A stretch of DNA of 64,000 bases from an uncultured Methanosarcinales archaeon (GTDB taxonomy: Archaea > Nanobdellota > Nanobdellia > Woesearchaeales > B54-G15). The translations under genes were made by a program, and so were the position numbers. A model generated the notes under the pieces. It ran no database searches, was not told the DNA's origin, and saw only the letters and a program-made list of their open reading frames with translations. Every line of letters begins with the position of its first letter. Within the stretch, counting starts at the first letter, position 1. The stretch is taken from positions 1 to 64,000 of the forward strand of contig CAZFJK010000002.1 in assembly GCA_964519225.1 (NCBI GenBank), given 5' to 3'. Shown here one piece after another: positions 28,009-37,977 of the stretch.

Positions 28009-29958
28009 ATGTTATTATGGATTATCGGTGTTTCTGTATTGGCTTTGGTTGTGGCTGGTTTGCTTGCTTTTTTTGTGCTAAGGCAAAATGCTGGGACAGA
28101 AAAGATGAAGGAAATAAGCAAGGCAATTCAGCAAGGAGCAGCAGCTTTTCTTTGGAAAGAATACAGCGTTCTTGTTGTTTTTGCAATAGCTGTGTTTTTG
28201 GTTTTGCATTTTCTGATAAGTAAGCAAATAGCAATAGCCTTTATTGTGGGAGCCGTATTTTCTGCTTTAGCAGGAAACATCGGAATGAGGATTGCAACAA
28301 AAGCAAATGCAAGAACTGCAAATGCTGTTAAGAAGAGTTTGAATTCTGGTTTAACGGTTGCTTTCAGAAGCGGTGCTGTAATGGGTTTTTCTGTTGTTGG
28401 TTTGGGCTTACTTGGTGTTGCATTGCTTTATGCTTTGTTTAAAGATCCGAATGTGATTTATGGTTTTGGTTTTGGAGCAAGCAGCATTGCTTTGTTCGCA
28501 AGGGTTGGTGGTGGAATTTATACAAAAGCTGCTGATGTTGGTGCTGATCTTGTCGGCAAGGTTGAAAAGGGAATTCCTGAAGATGACCCGAGAAATCCCG
28601 CTGTTATAGCTGATAACGTCGGCGATAACGTTGGTGATGTTGCGGGAATGGGAGCAGACTTATTTGAAAGTTACGTCGATAGTATAATTGCAGCCATGGT
28701 TTTGGGCATGGCAATTTTTTCCTTAAAAGGGGTTTTTCTGCCCATGGGAATAGCAGCAGCTGGAATAGTTGCTTCGATAACTGGTATGTTTTTTGTTAGA
28801 GCTAAAAGCAAAAAAGGTCTGCATATGGCATTGAACAAAGGAGTTTTTGCAGCTGCAATACTTTCAGCTCTGTTCTCTTATTTTATTGTTCGTTATTTTG
28901 TTGGCGAAATTAATGTTTTTTATGCAATGCTCAGCGGTTTGGTAGCTGGAATTTTGATCGGACTTTCAACAGAATATTACACTTCAGCATACAGAAAGCC
29001 GGCAAGGAGCATAGCAGAGGCAAGCAAAACAGGAGCTGCAACAAATATTATTGCTGGTTTAGCTGTTGGAATGCATAGCACGATTATTCCTGTTTTGGTT
29101 GTAAGTGCAGCATTGATTTTAAGCTATCTGTTTGCCGGATTGTTTGGCGTAGCTATGGCAGCTGCGGGTATGCTTTCAACTTTGGGCATAACTCTTGCTA
29201 CTGATTGTTATGGACCTGTTGCTGATAATGCAGCTGGAATTGCTGAGATGGCAGGCCTTGGTGGAAATGTGAGAAAAAGAGCAGAAGCCCTTGATGCATT
29301 GGGAAATACTACTGCTGCAATAGGTAAAGGTTTTGCAATTGGCAGTGCAGCCTTAACTGCTTTGGCTTTGTTCGCAAGCTTTATGCAGGTTACTGGATTA
29401 AAGGCGATTAGCCTAACGCAGCCGACTGTAGTTGTAGGCTTGTTTATTGGCGGATTAACAACATTCATTTTTTCAGCATTGACCATGAAAGCTGTAGGAA
29501 GAGCCGCATTTAAGATTGTGAATGAAGTTAGGAGACAATTTAAAGAGATTAAGGGATTGATGCGGGGAAGAGCGAAACCTGATTATAAGCGGTGTGTTAG
29601 GATAAGTACAGGAGCAGCATTAAAGGAGATGATTCTTCCGAGCTTGTTAGCGATAGTGATTCCTTTGGCTGTTGGATTTATTTTAGGAGTTGAGGCAGTT
29701 GGCGGCTTGCTTGCAGGCGTAACAGTAACTGGCTTTTTAATGGCAGTGTTCATGGCAAACGCCGGTGGTGCATGGGATAATGCAAAGAAATACATTGAAG
29801 AAGGACATTTCGGCGGTAAAGGAAGTTTTGCTCACAAAGCAGCAGTTGTTGGCGATACAGTCGGAGATCCGTGCAAGGATTGTAGTGGGCCGAGTTTGAA
29901 CATATTGATCAAGTTAATGAGTATTGTGGCTTTGGTGTTTTTACCTTTGTTTTTATAA
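28009..29958 (+). CDS. hppA: Membrane-bound ion-pumping pyrophosphatase, K+-dependent type (probably Na+-PPase)
   Basis: [37 protein letters not shown] (Ala, K+-dependent), [16 protein letters not shown]. Confidence 0.96.
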   Translation: MLLWIIGVSVLALVVAGLLAFFVLRQNAGTEKMKEISKAIQQGAAAFLWKEYSVLVVFAIAVFLVLHFLISKQIAIAFIVGAVFSALAGNIGMRIATKANARTANAVKKSLNSGLTVAFRSGAVMGFSVVGLGLLGVALLYALFKDPNVIYGFGFGASSIALFARVGGGIYTKAADVGADLVGKVEKGIPEDDPRNPAVIADNVGDNVGDVAGMGADLFESYVDSIIAAMVLGMAIFSLKGVFLPMGIAAAGIVASITGMFFVRAKSKKGLHMALNKGVFAAAILSALFSYFIVRYFVGEINVFYAMLSGLVAGILIGLSTEYYTSAYRKPARSIAEASKTGAATNIIAGLAVGMHSTIIPVLVVSAALILSYLFAGLFGVAMAAAGMLSTLGITLATDCYGPVADNAAGIAEMAGLGGNVRKRAEALDALGNTTAAIGKGFAIGSAALTALALFASFMQVTGLKAISLTQPTVVVGLFIGGLTTFIFSALTMKAVGRAAFKIVNEVRRQFKEIKGLMRGRAKPDYKRCVRISTGAALKEMILPSLLAIVIPLAVGFILGVEAVGGLLAGVTVTGFLMAVFMANAGGAWDNAKKYIEEGHFGGKGSFAHKAAVVGDTVGDPCKDCSGPSLNILIKLMSIVALVFLPLFL

Positions 29959-30010
29959 CGGTCGGTTTTCCGACCGATTTTCGCTAAAATTGGTCGGTTT
30001 TCCGACCATT
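29959..30010. repeat. Left repeat: two GGTCGG-TTTT-CCGACC palindromes 32 bp apart
   Basis: Copies at 29959-29976 and 29991-30008. Confidence 0.9.
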
Positions 30011-30014
30011 ATTT

Positions 30015-31226
30015 TTAAAACGTCGCTAAGATAATTTGTTGTCTTGGTTTTAGGATTATAGTTTTTCGTTTGGGAAATTCTGCCAGTTGAGTTTCTGCTT
30101 TTGATTCGCCGCCGATTTCTGTAATTAAAAGCTCTTTACCTTTTTTAATGACATAATCAGGAGATTTCTTTTTACCTTTTATGGTATTAACGTCATATCC
30201 TCTTGAAATGAAACTGAATACCGCCATTTCCTCTCTAATTGCTCCTAAATTTGGTTCTTCGTTTACGGCTTTACAGATACTAGTTCTTAAGCACGGGTGT
30301 CTGAACATTATTTTTGGCTCTCCGCGAATCATTTTTGGTCCTTTACCGTAGGGACGTATAATGCGAATTACCTGCATTTCGTCAAGAATTTTTATTATTT
30401 CATACATGGTAAATTTGCTTATTCCTAAGTTCTTCGAGCATGAATTTATGCTGAATTCTCCGAGAGGAGAGGTTGCAAGCATATAGAGAAAATTTTCCAT
30501 GGCAACAATTTTTTCTCCGCTCATTTTGAGAAAGAAAACAGCATCTTGTCTTATTGATTTTCTAATGGAATTAAAGATTGCAGTAGTTGTAGCTTCATCG
30601 TATTCAAAGTATATTGGTAAACCGTTGTAAAGTGCTGTTTCCCAATTCTGCTTGAGTTCTGGATGCTGAATCAATATTTTTATAGAACTTTCTATTTTTT
30701 TCCATTCTTCTTTAGCTTGCACTTTTTTTCCTGTTTTGAGAAAAACAAATTCTCCTAATCCGAGGAAATCTGCATTGATCTCTTCTTCTCTTCTTTCAGG
30801 TACAAAGACCAAAGGTGCGCTTCCTGAAACAATAAATCTTGCTTTAGGAAACTCATCATATAATGCCTTGACTTCGTTTCTCCAGTTAGGATAAGTATGA
30901 GCTTCGTCTATAAGCAAAATATTGAATCCTCTTTCCAAAGAGGTCTTTCCGATTTGATAAAGCCCGTAGTTTTTGATTAACGGATTATCCATACTAAAAT
31001 ACATTGCTTCCTGTTGCTTTTCTGCGAAGATCTGCAGTAAAGCTGTTGTTTTTCCAGCTCCTCTAAAACCTCTTAGAAGTTTTATTCTTGGCTCCCTTCC
31101 CATAGATTTCATTAACTTTAAAAGAAAATATCTTTTCCTGTATTGTTTTATTTTTTCGATTAATCGCAATGCAATTTCTCTCAATTCTATAAAATCCTCC
31201 GATGGCAGTAGTCTTGTTTTTTTCAT
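30015..31226 (-). CDS. AAA_14/DUF4143 (COG1373-like) ATPase with wHTH and C-terminal PD-(D/E)xK-like domain
   Basis: GFRGAGKTT, LLIDEAH, VSGSA, HTH SKNLGISKFTMYEII, C-terminal PDYVI...EIG. Confidence 0.85.
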   Translation of the reverse strand: MKKTRLLPSEDFIELREIALRLIEKIKQYRKRYFLLKLMKSMGREPRIKLLRGFRGAGKTTALLQIFAEKQQEAMYFSMDNPLIKNYGLYQIGKTSLERGFNILLIDEAHTYPNWRNEVKALYDEFPKARFIVSGSAPLVFVPERREEEINADFLGLGEFVFLKTGKKVQAKEEWKKIESSIKILIQHPELKQNWETALYNGLPIYFEYDEATTTAIFNSIRKSIRQDAVFFLKMSGEKIVAMENFLYMLATSPLGEFSINSCSKNLGISKFTMYEIIKILDEMQVIRIIRPYGKGPKMIRGEPKIMFRHPCLRTSICKAVNEEPNLGAIREEMAVFSFISRGYDVNTIKGKKKSPDYVIKKGKELLITEIGGESKAETQLAEFPKRKTIILKPRQQIILATF

Positions 31227-31266
31227 ATTTTATTTTGAACTAACGCTAGTTTATAAAATTTTCCGA

Positions 31267-31311
31267 TTTTCCGACCAATTTTTGCTATTATTAGTCGGTT
31301 TTCCGACCAAT
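31267..31311. repeat. Right repeat: direct-repeat partner of 29966-30010
   Basis: ttttccgaccaatttttgctattattagtcggttttccgaccaat matches the left copy at 39/45 positions with the same 32-bp spacing. Confidence 0.9.
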
Positions 31312-31368
31312 TAAACATTGGTAAAACCAAACTAAAACTTTTTATTTTTCTTCTTTTCTTCTTTTTGA

Positions 31369-32607
31369 ATGCAGCCAAAATGTTTGAGATGTAAAGGTAG
31401 GGGTTTCTGCGGAAGAATTGTCTGCCCTATGGTTGCAAAAGCATCAGCTCTTTTTAGGATCAGCGAGCAGATTAAGTTAAGAGAAAATTTTTCAGGAGAT
31501 GCGCCAGCACCATTTGTTGGAAGGATTGGATATCCATCTGTAAATGTCGGAGTTCTTGCTTTACAGGAACAGAGAGATGACGCTTGGCTATTTGATGCAC
31601 CAAGATACTGGGCAATGAAAAGCTACAGCATTGATCAGATAATGGTTTATAGAAGCAGTTTAATTAATTCAAGAACGAATTTGCATGTTGGTTCTGTTAA
31701 ATCTGATAAATCAAAGCTTATTGAGCTTGAACAGGAAATTGCTTTAGCTGAAAAGCCCGTTGATGTTGAGGTCTGGCTTAAGAAAAAACCTGTTTTCAGG
31801 CTTAATTTCGATGCTGTGACAATGCCAAGCGGTCCTGTTGCACGTTTGAAGAAAGCAAAATTAATTGAGAATCCCTTTGTTCCTCGAAAAATCGAAAAAG
31901 CATATACTGACTATGATTTAAAAGCAGAAGAGGCTGTATTTTATCTTTATGAAAGCGGTTTTGACGAAAACAAGCTTGCAAAAGCATTAAGCGTTGGTTG
32001 TTTCGGAGTTAAAACACAAAGAAAACTTGTGCCGACGAGATGGAGCATTACAGCTGTTGATGATATTATAGGAAGAAGACTCATTAAGATAGTAAGGGAT
32101 TTTAATTTTCATGACTACGCTTTATTTTTCGATGGATATTTGGGAAACTACTATATGATCTTGTTCTTTCCTTCTGTTTGGCGGTACGAGTTATTTGAGA
32201 TATACGCTCCGAAAGTAAGCTGGAATCAATCAAACCAATTGCAGTATACAACAGACTATGAAGGAAGTTTCGGCAGGAAAACTTATGCTGAAAACTGCGC
32301 TGGTGGTTATTATACCGTTAGACTTGCTGTACTTGAAAAGCTAAGAAGCATGAAGCGACAGGCAAGTGTTTTGGTACTCCGCTTTATAACAGGAGACTAC
32401 TATATTCCTCTTGGTGTTTGGGTAACGAGAGAGGCCGCAAGAAAAAGCTTGCAGGTAAAGAGTATTTGCTTTAATTCGATGGAGTTAATGCTTAAATACG
32501 CTATTGATTTTGCACAGAAAAAATTTGGGATAGATCTAAATAAAATTTTTGAACAGAGCAAATTGCTGAGAGAATTAAAAGAACAAAAAAGAATAGCTGA
32601 TTTTTGA
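31369..32607 (+). CDS. nreA: Nre-family DNA repair protein (PCNA-interacting)
   Basis: CLRCKG..FCG...CP, FVGRIGYP, RKLVPTRWSITAVD, YYIPLGVWVTRE, C-terminal PIP QKRIADF. Confidence 0.93.
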   Translation: MQPKCLRCKGRGFCGRIVCPMVAKASALFRISEQIKLRENFSGDAPAPFVGRIGYPSVNVGVLALQEQRDDAWLFDAPRYWAMKSYSIDQIMVYRSSLINSRTNLHVGSVKSDKSKLIELEQEIALAEKPVDVEVWLKKKPVFRLNFDAVTMPSGPVARLKKAKLIENPFVPRKIEKAYTDYDLKAEEAVFYLYESGFDENKLAKALSVGCFGVKTQRKLVPTRWSITAVDDIIGRRLIKIVRDFNFHDYALFFDGYLGNYYMILFFPSVWRYELFEIYAPKVSWNQSNQLQYTTDYEGSFGRKTYAENCAGGYYTVRLAVLEKLRSMKRQASVLVLRFITGDYYIPLGVWVTREAARKSLQVKSICFNSMELMLKYAIDFAQKKFGIDLNKIFEQSKLLRELKEQKRIADF

Positions 32608-32612
32608 ACGTT

Positions 32613-33056
32613 CTATTTTACCTTTACTTTAATTTCTTTTTTCTTTTTCTTTTCTGGCTTTGCTCTCGGAATTTTTATTCTGAGAATACCTTTATCAAGC
32701 TTTGCTTCTGCTTTTTCTGGAATAACTTTCACTGGCAAGCTGAAATATCGTCTGAAGCCTGCATAACCTCTTTCCTGTCTGAAATACCCTTTTTTCTTTT
32801 CGATAACTTCTTTCTTTTTTTCTGCTTTGATGTCAATGCTGTCTTCTGTGATGCTTAGCTGAACGTCTTCCTTATCAACGCCAGGCAGCTCTATATTAAT
32901 GATTACATCTTTATCTGTTACCTGAATATCTGCCAGCGGCTCTTTAAATCCTGCTGTTACTGGCATGATTGGTTTTCTGAATTCTCTTAACAAGCGCTCC
33001 ATCCTTTCCATTTCTTGCTTAAATCGTTTTTGCATTTCTTCGAAGATATCCCACAT
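32613..33056 (-). CDS. Small heat shock protein (Hsp20)
   Basis: PLADI, ELPGVDKEDV, AEAKLDKGILRIKIP, C-terminal IKV. Confidence 0.95.
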   Translation of the reverse strand: MWDIFEEMQKRFKQEMERMERLLREFRKPIMPVTAGFKEPLADIQVTDKDVIINIELPGVDKEDVQLSITEDSIDIKAEKKKEVIEKKKGYFRQERGYAGFRRYFSLPVKVIPEKAEAKLDKGILRIKIPRAKPEKKKKKEIKVKVK

Positions 33057-33144
33057 TTTTATCACCGTGATGAAGATTTTAATCTGAATTATAAACTTTT
33101 TTATAATCCTAAAAAAAGAAGAATAAAGATTTATTCTGCCGTTC

Positions 33145-33807
33145 CTATTTGATTTTTATAGCTTCAGTTACTGTTGTTGCGAATTCTTCAGCAGCCATTG
33201 GACCCTGCGCTGTTATGATTTTTCCATCTGTTACTACATGTCTATCGACATAGATAGCGCCGTAGTTAGCTAACAGTTTTATGTACCTGTCCTCTGGCCA
33301 TACTGTTGCTTTAACACTATTGAGAATTCCTGCTTCAGCTAATATCGTTGGTGCTAAGCATATTGCTGCAATAATCTTTTCTTTTTCAGCTGCGCTGCTG
33401 ATTAGTTCGTTTAATCCCTTTGTTCCTGCAAGGTTTGATCGCGTACCTGGACCGCCAATGATAACTATAGCGATGTAATCATCTACGTTTACATCAGCAA
33501 TTGGTATTGTTTCTACAGTAAAGCCAGACGTTGCTGTTGCAGCTCCGCCATTAGGTGAAGCTACTTCAACAGCAATACTTTCTGCTTCAAGCGCATCTCT
33601 GACTTTGCTGTATTCCACAGGTTGAAAATCTTTTTGAGCTACTATCAAAAGAACCTTTCCAGATTCTTCCTTTTCATGAACTTCAGTTGCTGGTTCTGGT
33701 TGTAGCGGTGTTTCCTGCATTGTTGGTTTTTTACATCCAAAAATCAACAAAGATATAAACAGAAATCCTGTTATAAACAAAACCCTTTTTCCAATCATTT
33801 TTATCAT
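33145..33807 (-). CDS. DJ-1/PfpI-family protein with lipoprotein-type signal peptide
   Basis: LLIFGC lipobox; FQPVE, IIGGPG, AAICLAP, DGKIITAQGP. Confidence 0.88.
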   Translation of the reverse strand: MIKMIGKRVLFITGFLFISLLIFGCKKPTMQETPLQPEPATEVHEKEESGKVLLIVAQKDFQPVEYSKVRDALEAESIAVEVASPNGGAATATSGFTVETIPIADVNVDDYIAIVIIGGPGTRSNLAGTKGLNELISSAAEKEKIIAAICLAPTILAEAGILNSVKATVWPEDRYIKLLANYGAIYVDRHVVTDGKIITAQGPMAAEEFATTVTEAIKIK

Positions 33808-33858
33808 GTTTTAAGAATGCGTTAAGCTTAAATAAATCTTTCTTTCAATTTTAAATCA

Positions 33859-34533
33859 ATGCAGAAGAAAATCAAAAAAGAAGAAAAAGAAGTGCAAGTG
33901 AGAAGAGTAAAGCAAATAATTCGTTTGCTCAGAAAAGAAGTTGGCAAGACCACCGCAGTAGTTCGTAGTAAAAATCCTTTTAAGGTTTTGATTGCTACTT
34001 TGCTTTCTCAAAGAACAAAGGATGTTAATACTGAAAAGGCTGTGAAGAACTTGTTTTCGAGATTTAAATCAATAAGGGACTTTCTTAAAGCTGACGTAAA
34101 AGAGATTGAGAAATTGATAAGATGTGTTGGCTTCTTCAAAGTAAAAGCGAAGCGAATAAAAGAGCTGGCAAAAATTGTTCATGAGAAATATCATGATAAA
34201 GTACCAAAGGATTTTGATGAATTGATTAAACTTCCTGGCGTCGGTAGGAAAACAGCAAATTGTGTTCTTGTTTATGGCTATGGGATTCCTGCCATTCCTG
34301 TAGATACGCATGTTCACAGGATAAGCAACAGGCTTGGTCTGGTCAAAACAAAAACGCCAGAACAAACAGAAAAGGCTTTGATGAAAGTTATACCAAAGAA
34401 GTATTGGATCGAGTTAAATGAACTTATGGTAAAATTCGGCCAGAGAAAATGTCTTCCTAAAAATCCAAAATGCAGCGAGTGTTTGCTTAGAAAGGTTTGT
34501 GCATACGGAAAGGCGATGAAAAATTCAGATTAG
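33859..34533 (+). CDS. nth: Endonuclease III
   Basis: LLSQRTKD, HhH LPGVGRKTAN, VDTHVHR, Fe-S motif C-x6-C-x2-C-x5-C. Confidence 0.96.
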   Translation: MQKKIKKEEKEVQVRRVKQIIRLLRKEVGKTTAVVRSKNPFKVLIATLLSQRTKDVNTEKAVKNLFSRFKSIRDFLKADVKEIEKLIRCVGFFKVKAKRIKELAKIVHEKYHDKVPKDFDELIKLPGVGRKTANCVLVYGYGIPAIPVDTHVHRISNRLGLVKTKTPEQTEKALMKVIPKKYWIELNELMVKFGQRKCLPKNPKCSECLLRKVCAYGKAMKNSD

Positions 34534-35693
34534 AGAATACTTATTATAAGGAAGATATCTAAAATAGAAAGGATTGCTATCAAGATTAAGCTGATGATAG
34601 TTTGAATTTTGGTATTTTTGTATTTACGCATGATTTTTTTGCTATTGCTGAGCTTAAGCAATATCGCTATTACAAAAGGCGTTAAAAAGCCATTTAGGAT
34701 TTGTGAATAATAGATGAATTTTATTGGGTGGATTGGAACAAGAGCAATAAGCGCTCCGAGTAAGAGAGATATGATGATTATAAAATAGAATCCCTTTGCA
34801 AATCTTGGCTTTTTGTCGAGGCCTTCGTGCCAACCGAATAATTCAGAAACAGCATAGGCAGTACTGCCTGCTATTACAGGTAAGGCAAGAAAGCCTGAAA
34901 AGATTATTCCAAGAGAAAATAGCAAATATGCTAAGTTTCCTGCCAATGGCTTTAAAGCAAGGGCTGCATGCGCTGGAGTGTTAACAACTATTTTAGATGA
35001 GAATAATGTTGCAGCAGCTGCTATGATAATGAATCCGGCTACCACATTTGACCAAAGCATTCCGAGAATGGTGTCAAGCTTCATTTCTCTTGCTATGAAT
35101 GTTGTTTTGTGCTCTTCTAATTCGTCTGACGCTTGCCAGAATAACATATAAGGAGCAATGGTTGTTCCTATTATACCAATAGCTACCGGGATAAAGCCTA
35201 AACTAGGAAATGATGGTATGAACCCTTTTAGAATAGAAGGCCAGTCAGGTTTTGTGAGTATTGCAGAGATGATGTAGAACACAAGAAGAAAAGTTAAGCC
35301 TAGTAAGAAGGTTCTTATTGTTTTGTATTTCTTGAAGATGATGAGATAACTTAATAGTAAAGCAATTGGTATAGTGAATATCGTCCAGTTTATCCCTGTC
35401 ATTAAACCAATGACAGAAGCAATTCCTGCAATATCTGCTGAAATGGTTATGAGGTTTGCAAGTGCGAGAATAGCTATTACTAAAATGGCTGTTGTTTTGC
35501 CATCATATTGTTTTATCAAAGACGCCAGTCCTTTTCGTTTGACTAAAGCGATTCTTGCTGCCATTTCCTGAACGACTGCCATAATTGGAGTACATAGCAG
35601 AAGAATCCAGAGAGGAGCATAGCCAAAGAGCGAGCCCGCGATTGTATAAGTGACTATTCCTGCAGGATCGTTATCAGCGCCCCCGGTGATTAA
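34530..35693 (-). CDS. NRAMP-family divalent cation transporter (NRMT/Mg2+-type motifs); 5' end lost in the assembly gap
   Basis: Frame stays open to the gap: ITGGADNDPAGIVTY...VQEMAARI; GTTIAPY; many TM helices. Confidence 0.88.
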   Translation of the reverse strand, partial: LITGGADNDPAGIVTYTIAGSLFGYAPLWILLLCTPIMAVVQEMAARIALVKRKGLASLIKQYDGKTTAILVIAILALANLITISADIAGIASVIGLMTGINWTIFTIPIALLLSYLIIFKKYKTIRTFLLGLTFLLVFYIISAILTKPDWPSILKGFIPSFPSLGFIPVAIGIIGTTIAPYMLFWQASDELEEHKTTFIAREMKLDTILGMLWSNVVAGFIIIAAAATLFSSKIVVNTPAHAALALKPLAGNLAYLLFSLGIIFSGFLALPVIAGSTAYAVSELFGWHEGLDKKPRFAKGFYFIIIISLLLGALIALVPIHPIKFIYYSQILNGFLTPFVIAILLKLSNSKKIMRKYKNTKIQTIISLILIAILSILDIFLIISIL

Positions 35694-35844
35694 NNNNNNN
35701 NNNNNNNNNNNNNNNNNNNNNNNNNNNNNNNNNNNNNNNNNNNNNNNNNNNNNNNNNNNNNNNNNNNNNNNNNNNNNNNNNNNNNNNNNNNNNTCAAGAA
35801 ACTTTTTTAAACTATGTGAGAATAATAGTTTAAGAGGATATTCG

Positions 35845-37977
35845 ATGAAAAAAAGAGGTCAGATTACATTATTCATTGTGCTAGGTATAGTTATATTACT
35901 TGTAATTGGCTTGTTCTTTTTTATCAGAGCAAGAATTGCTGAAAAAAAATTATTGGAAAGACCTGCTATAGAATTACCTAACGAGCTGAAACCTGTTCAG
36001 TTCTTTGCAGAACAATGCCTTGAAAAAGTTGCTGTTGACGGTTTTAAATTGATTGGTGCTCACGGAGGCTATATTAATCCTGATGCTGTCGGAAAGTTTG
36101 ACTATGATGCGCAAACAGAAAGCGATGGTTTGATGCTTTCTCCGAACGGTTTAAAAGTTGTTTATTGGCTTTATAATAAAGCTCTGCCAAACGAAAAGCC
36201 AGAGTTTGCATCTTTAAGGCCAGTGCTGACTAAAAAAGAAGGAAGGAATTCTATTGAAGAGCAAGTTGAACAGTATATTGAGCATCACATTGATGAATGT
36301 TTTGGCGACTTTGAGCAATTTACTGAGAAAGGATTTAAGATTCAGCTAAAAGGAAAACCTGATGCAAAAGTTGTTATTTTACCGCAGAAAGTTATTATTC
36401 ATCTTGACTACGGTATTGAAATCGCGCTTGGTGAAATAAGCAGCAAATTGGATCATTTGTATAGAGAATTGGATATCGATATTAAAGGAATGTATGACAT
36501 GGCAAGATTTATCACGGAACTTGAAACTAATTATACGTTCATCGAAGAAAGAATATTGAGTGGAATTGAGACCTTTTCTGATACAACCGTAGAAAATCTA
36601 CCGCCAATGGACGAAAGTGAATTTGAACTTGCTCCTACTGCTGTTTGGCTGGAGAGTGATGTTAAAGAGGGAATCAAGCAATTAATGATAGGATATGTTC
36701 CGTTATTTAGATTAGAGGCACCAAACAAGTTCGATGTTAATTTCAAAGATGCGACGACTAAAGCATTTTATGATAACTTTTTGATTCCCGTCAAAAGCAA
36801 ATATGCAGTAAGATTCGATTATCTTGGATGGCCTTTTTACTTTGATGTAAATGACGATGCAGGTTTAATAATGCCAGAACATACGGTGATCAGCAGTGCT
36901 GGCCTGGTTTTTGGGATTCAGCGCTATAAAACTCTGTATGATATTTCTGTTCCGATTTTGATTACACTAACTGATAAAAATGCACTTGGGAAAAAAGGAT
37001 ACAGTTTTAGTTTTGCTATTGAGGCAAACATTAGAAACAATGAGCCAATAAAGCCAGAGAAACCGGTTATGCCCAGTTTAGCGTTCTTTGAAGAAAGCTT
37101 GCTTTGCAGAGAAAACCAAAGAAACAGCGGTGAAATCAGCATTGTAGTGAGTGACGCATATAATAGTGAGTTGCTTCCTAATGTAAGTGTTTTTTATTCT
37201 GTTGGAGAAGAGAGCTGTTTCATTGGAAAGACGGACAGCACAGGATTGCTTAAAGCGAGACTTCCTGTTGCTTTTGGCGGTGTACTTAGCTTTGTGAAAG
37301 ATGGCTATCTGACTGGTTATAAATCCTATGATGCTTTGCCAGAACAATCAGATAAGATTAACATTCGGCTTTACAGAATTGTTGAGCTAAATGCGTCGGT
37401 TGAAAAAAGATTGATTAGAAAAATTACAAAGTCATTTCCGTTCATCAGTGGAAAGGCTTTGGGCGGCTGGCAGTATACTGGAGAAAGTACTTCACTTGAT
37501 GATGTTGAAGAAGCTGTTATTACTTTTAGAAGAATTGGCGATGAAGAAGCTTCTTTTACTTCTGTGTTGAGGCTGAGCGGAAAAAATAGAAGTAGTTTGA
37601 AGCTTGTTCCTGGAGCGTACGAGGTTTCTGGAACACTGATCAGGAATGAGAATCTCACTATTCCAAAAGAAAAGAGATGCATTAAGAAAAAAGTTTTAGG
37701 CGTTACTGTTGGTAAAGAATGTTTTGACATTCCTGCTATTAATCTTGAAAAATTCATAGCCGGAGGTGTTTTGTTTAATAACAATACAGGTTATTTAATC
37801 CTGGATCCTGTGCTTGTTTATAATTCAAAAGAAATTAGATTTTATTTGCTATCACCTGCTTTATACATGGTTGAAGAAAAAGAAAGGAAGGTTGAAGACC
37901 TTGAGCAGCTCGGAAAATTCGAGGAATATACCAAACAGTTTTACGATGATTTATTGCCTGTGCCTGTAGCAAGATGA
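35845..37977 (+). CDS. Large (710 aa) class III signal-peptide surface protein, paralogue A1
   Basis: MKKRG/QITLFIVLGIVILL prepilin-type leader; the provided ORF start (35650) lies beyond the N gap. Confidence 0.8.
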   Translation: MKKRGQITLFIVLGIVILLVIGLFFFIRARIAEKKLLERPAIELPNELKPVQFFAEQCLEKVAVDGFKLIGAHGGYINPDAVGKFDYDAQTESDGLMLSPNGLKVVYWLYNKALPNEKPEFASLRPVLTKKEGRNSIEEQVEQYIEHHIDECFGDFEQFTEKGFKIQLKGKPDAKVVILPQKVIIHLDYGIEIALGEISSKLDHLYRELDIDIKGMYDMARFITELETNYTFIEERILSGIETFSDTTVENLPPMDESEFELAPTAVWLESDVKEGIKQLMIGYVPLFRLEAPNKFDVNFKDATTKAFYDNFLIPVKSKYAVRFDYLGWPFYFDVNDDAGLIMPEHTVISSAGLVFGIQRYKTLYDISVPILITLTDKNALGKKGYSFSFAIEANIRNNEPIKPEKPVMPSLAFFEESLLCRENQRNSGEISIVVSDAYNSELLPNVSVFYSVGEESCFIGKTDSTGLLKARLPVAFGGVLSFVKDGYLTGYKSYDALPEQSDKINIRLYRIVELNASVEKRLIRKITKSFPFISGKALGGWQYTGESTSLDDVEEAVITFRRIGDEEASFTSVLRLSGKNRSSLKLVPGAYEVSGTLIRNENLTIPKEKRCIKKKVLGVTVGKECFDIPAINLEKFIAGGVLFNNNTGYLILDPVLVYNSKEIRFYLLSPALYMVEEKERKVEDLEQLGKFEEYTKQFYDDLLPVPVAR

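Noticed and set aside
29959..31311. GTCGG/CCGAC palindromes as a CRISPR array
   Set aside because: Only two units per side, about 14-nt spacers that are similar rather than unique, and no cas genes in the window.
35650..35844. N-terminal extension of the 775-aa ORF
   Set aside because: Artefact of reading through a 100-N gap; the left part is antisense to the NRAMP gene. The class III leader starts at 35845.
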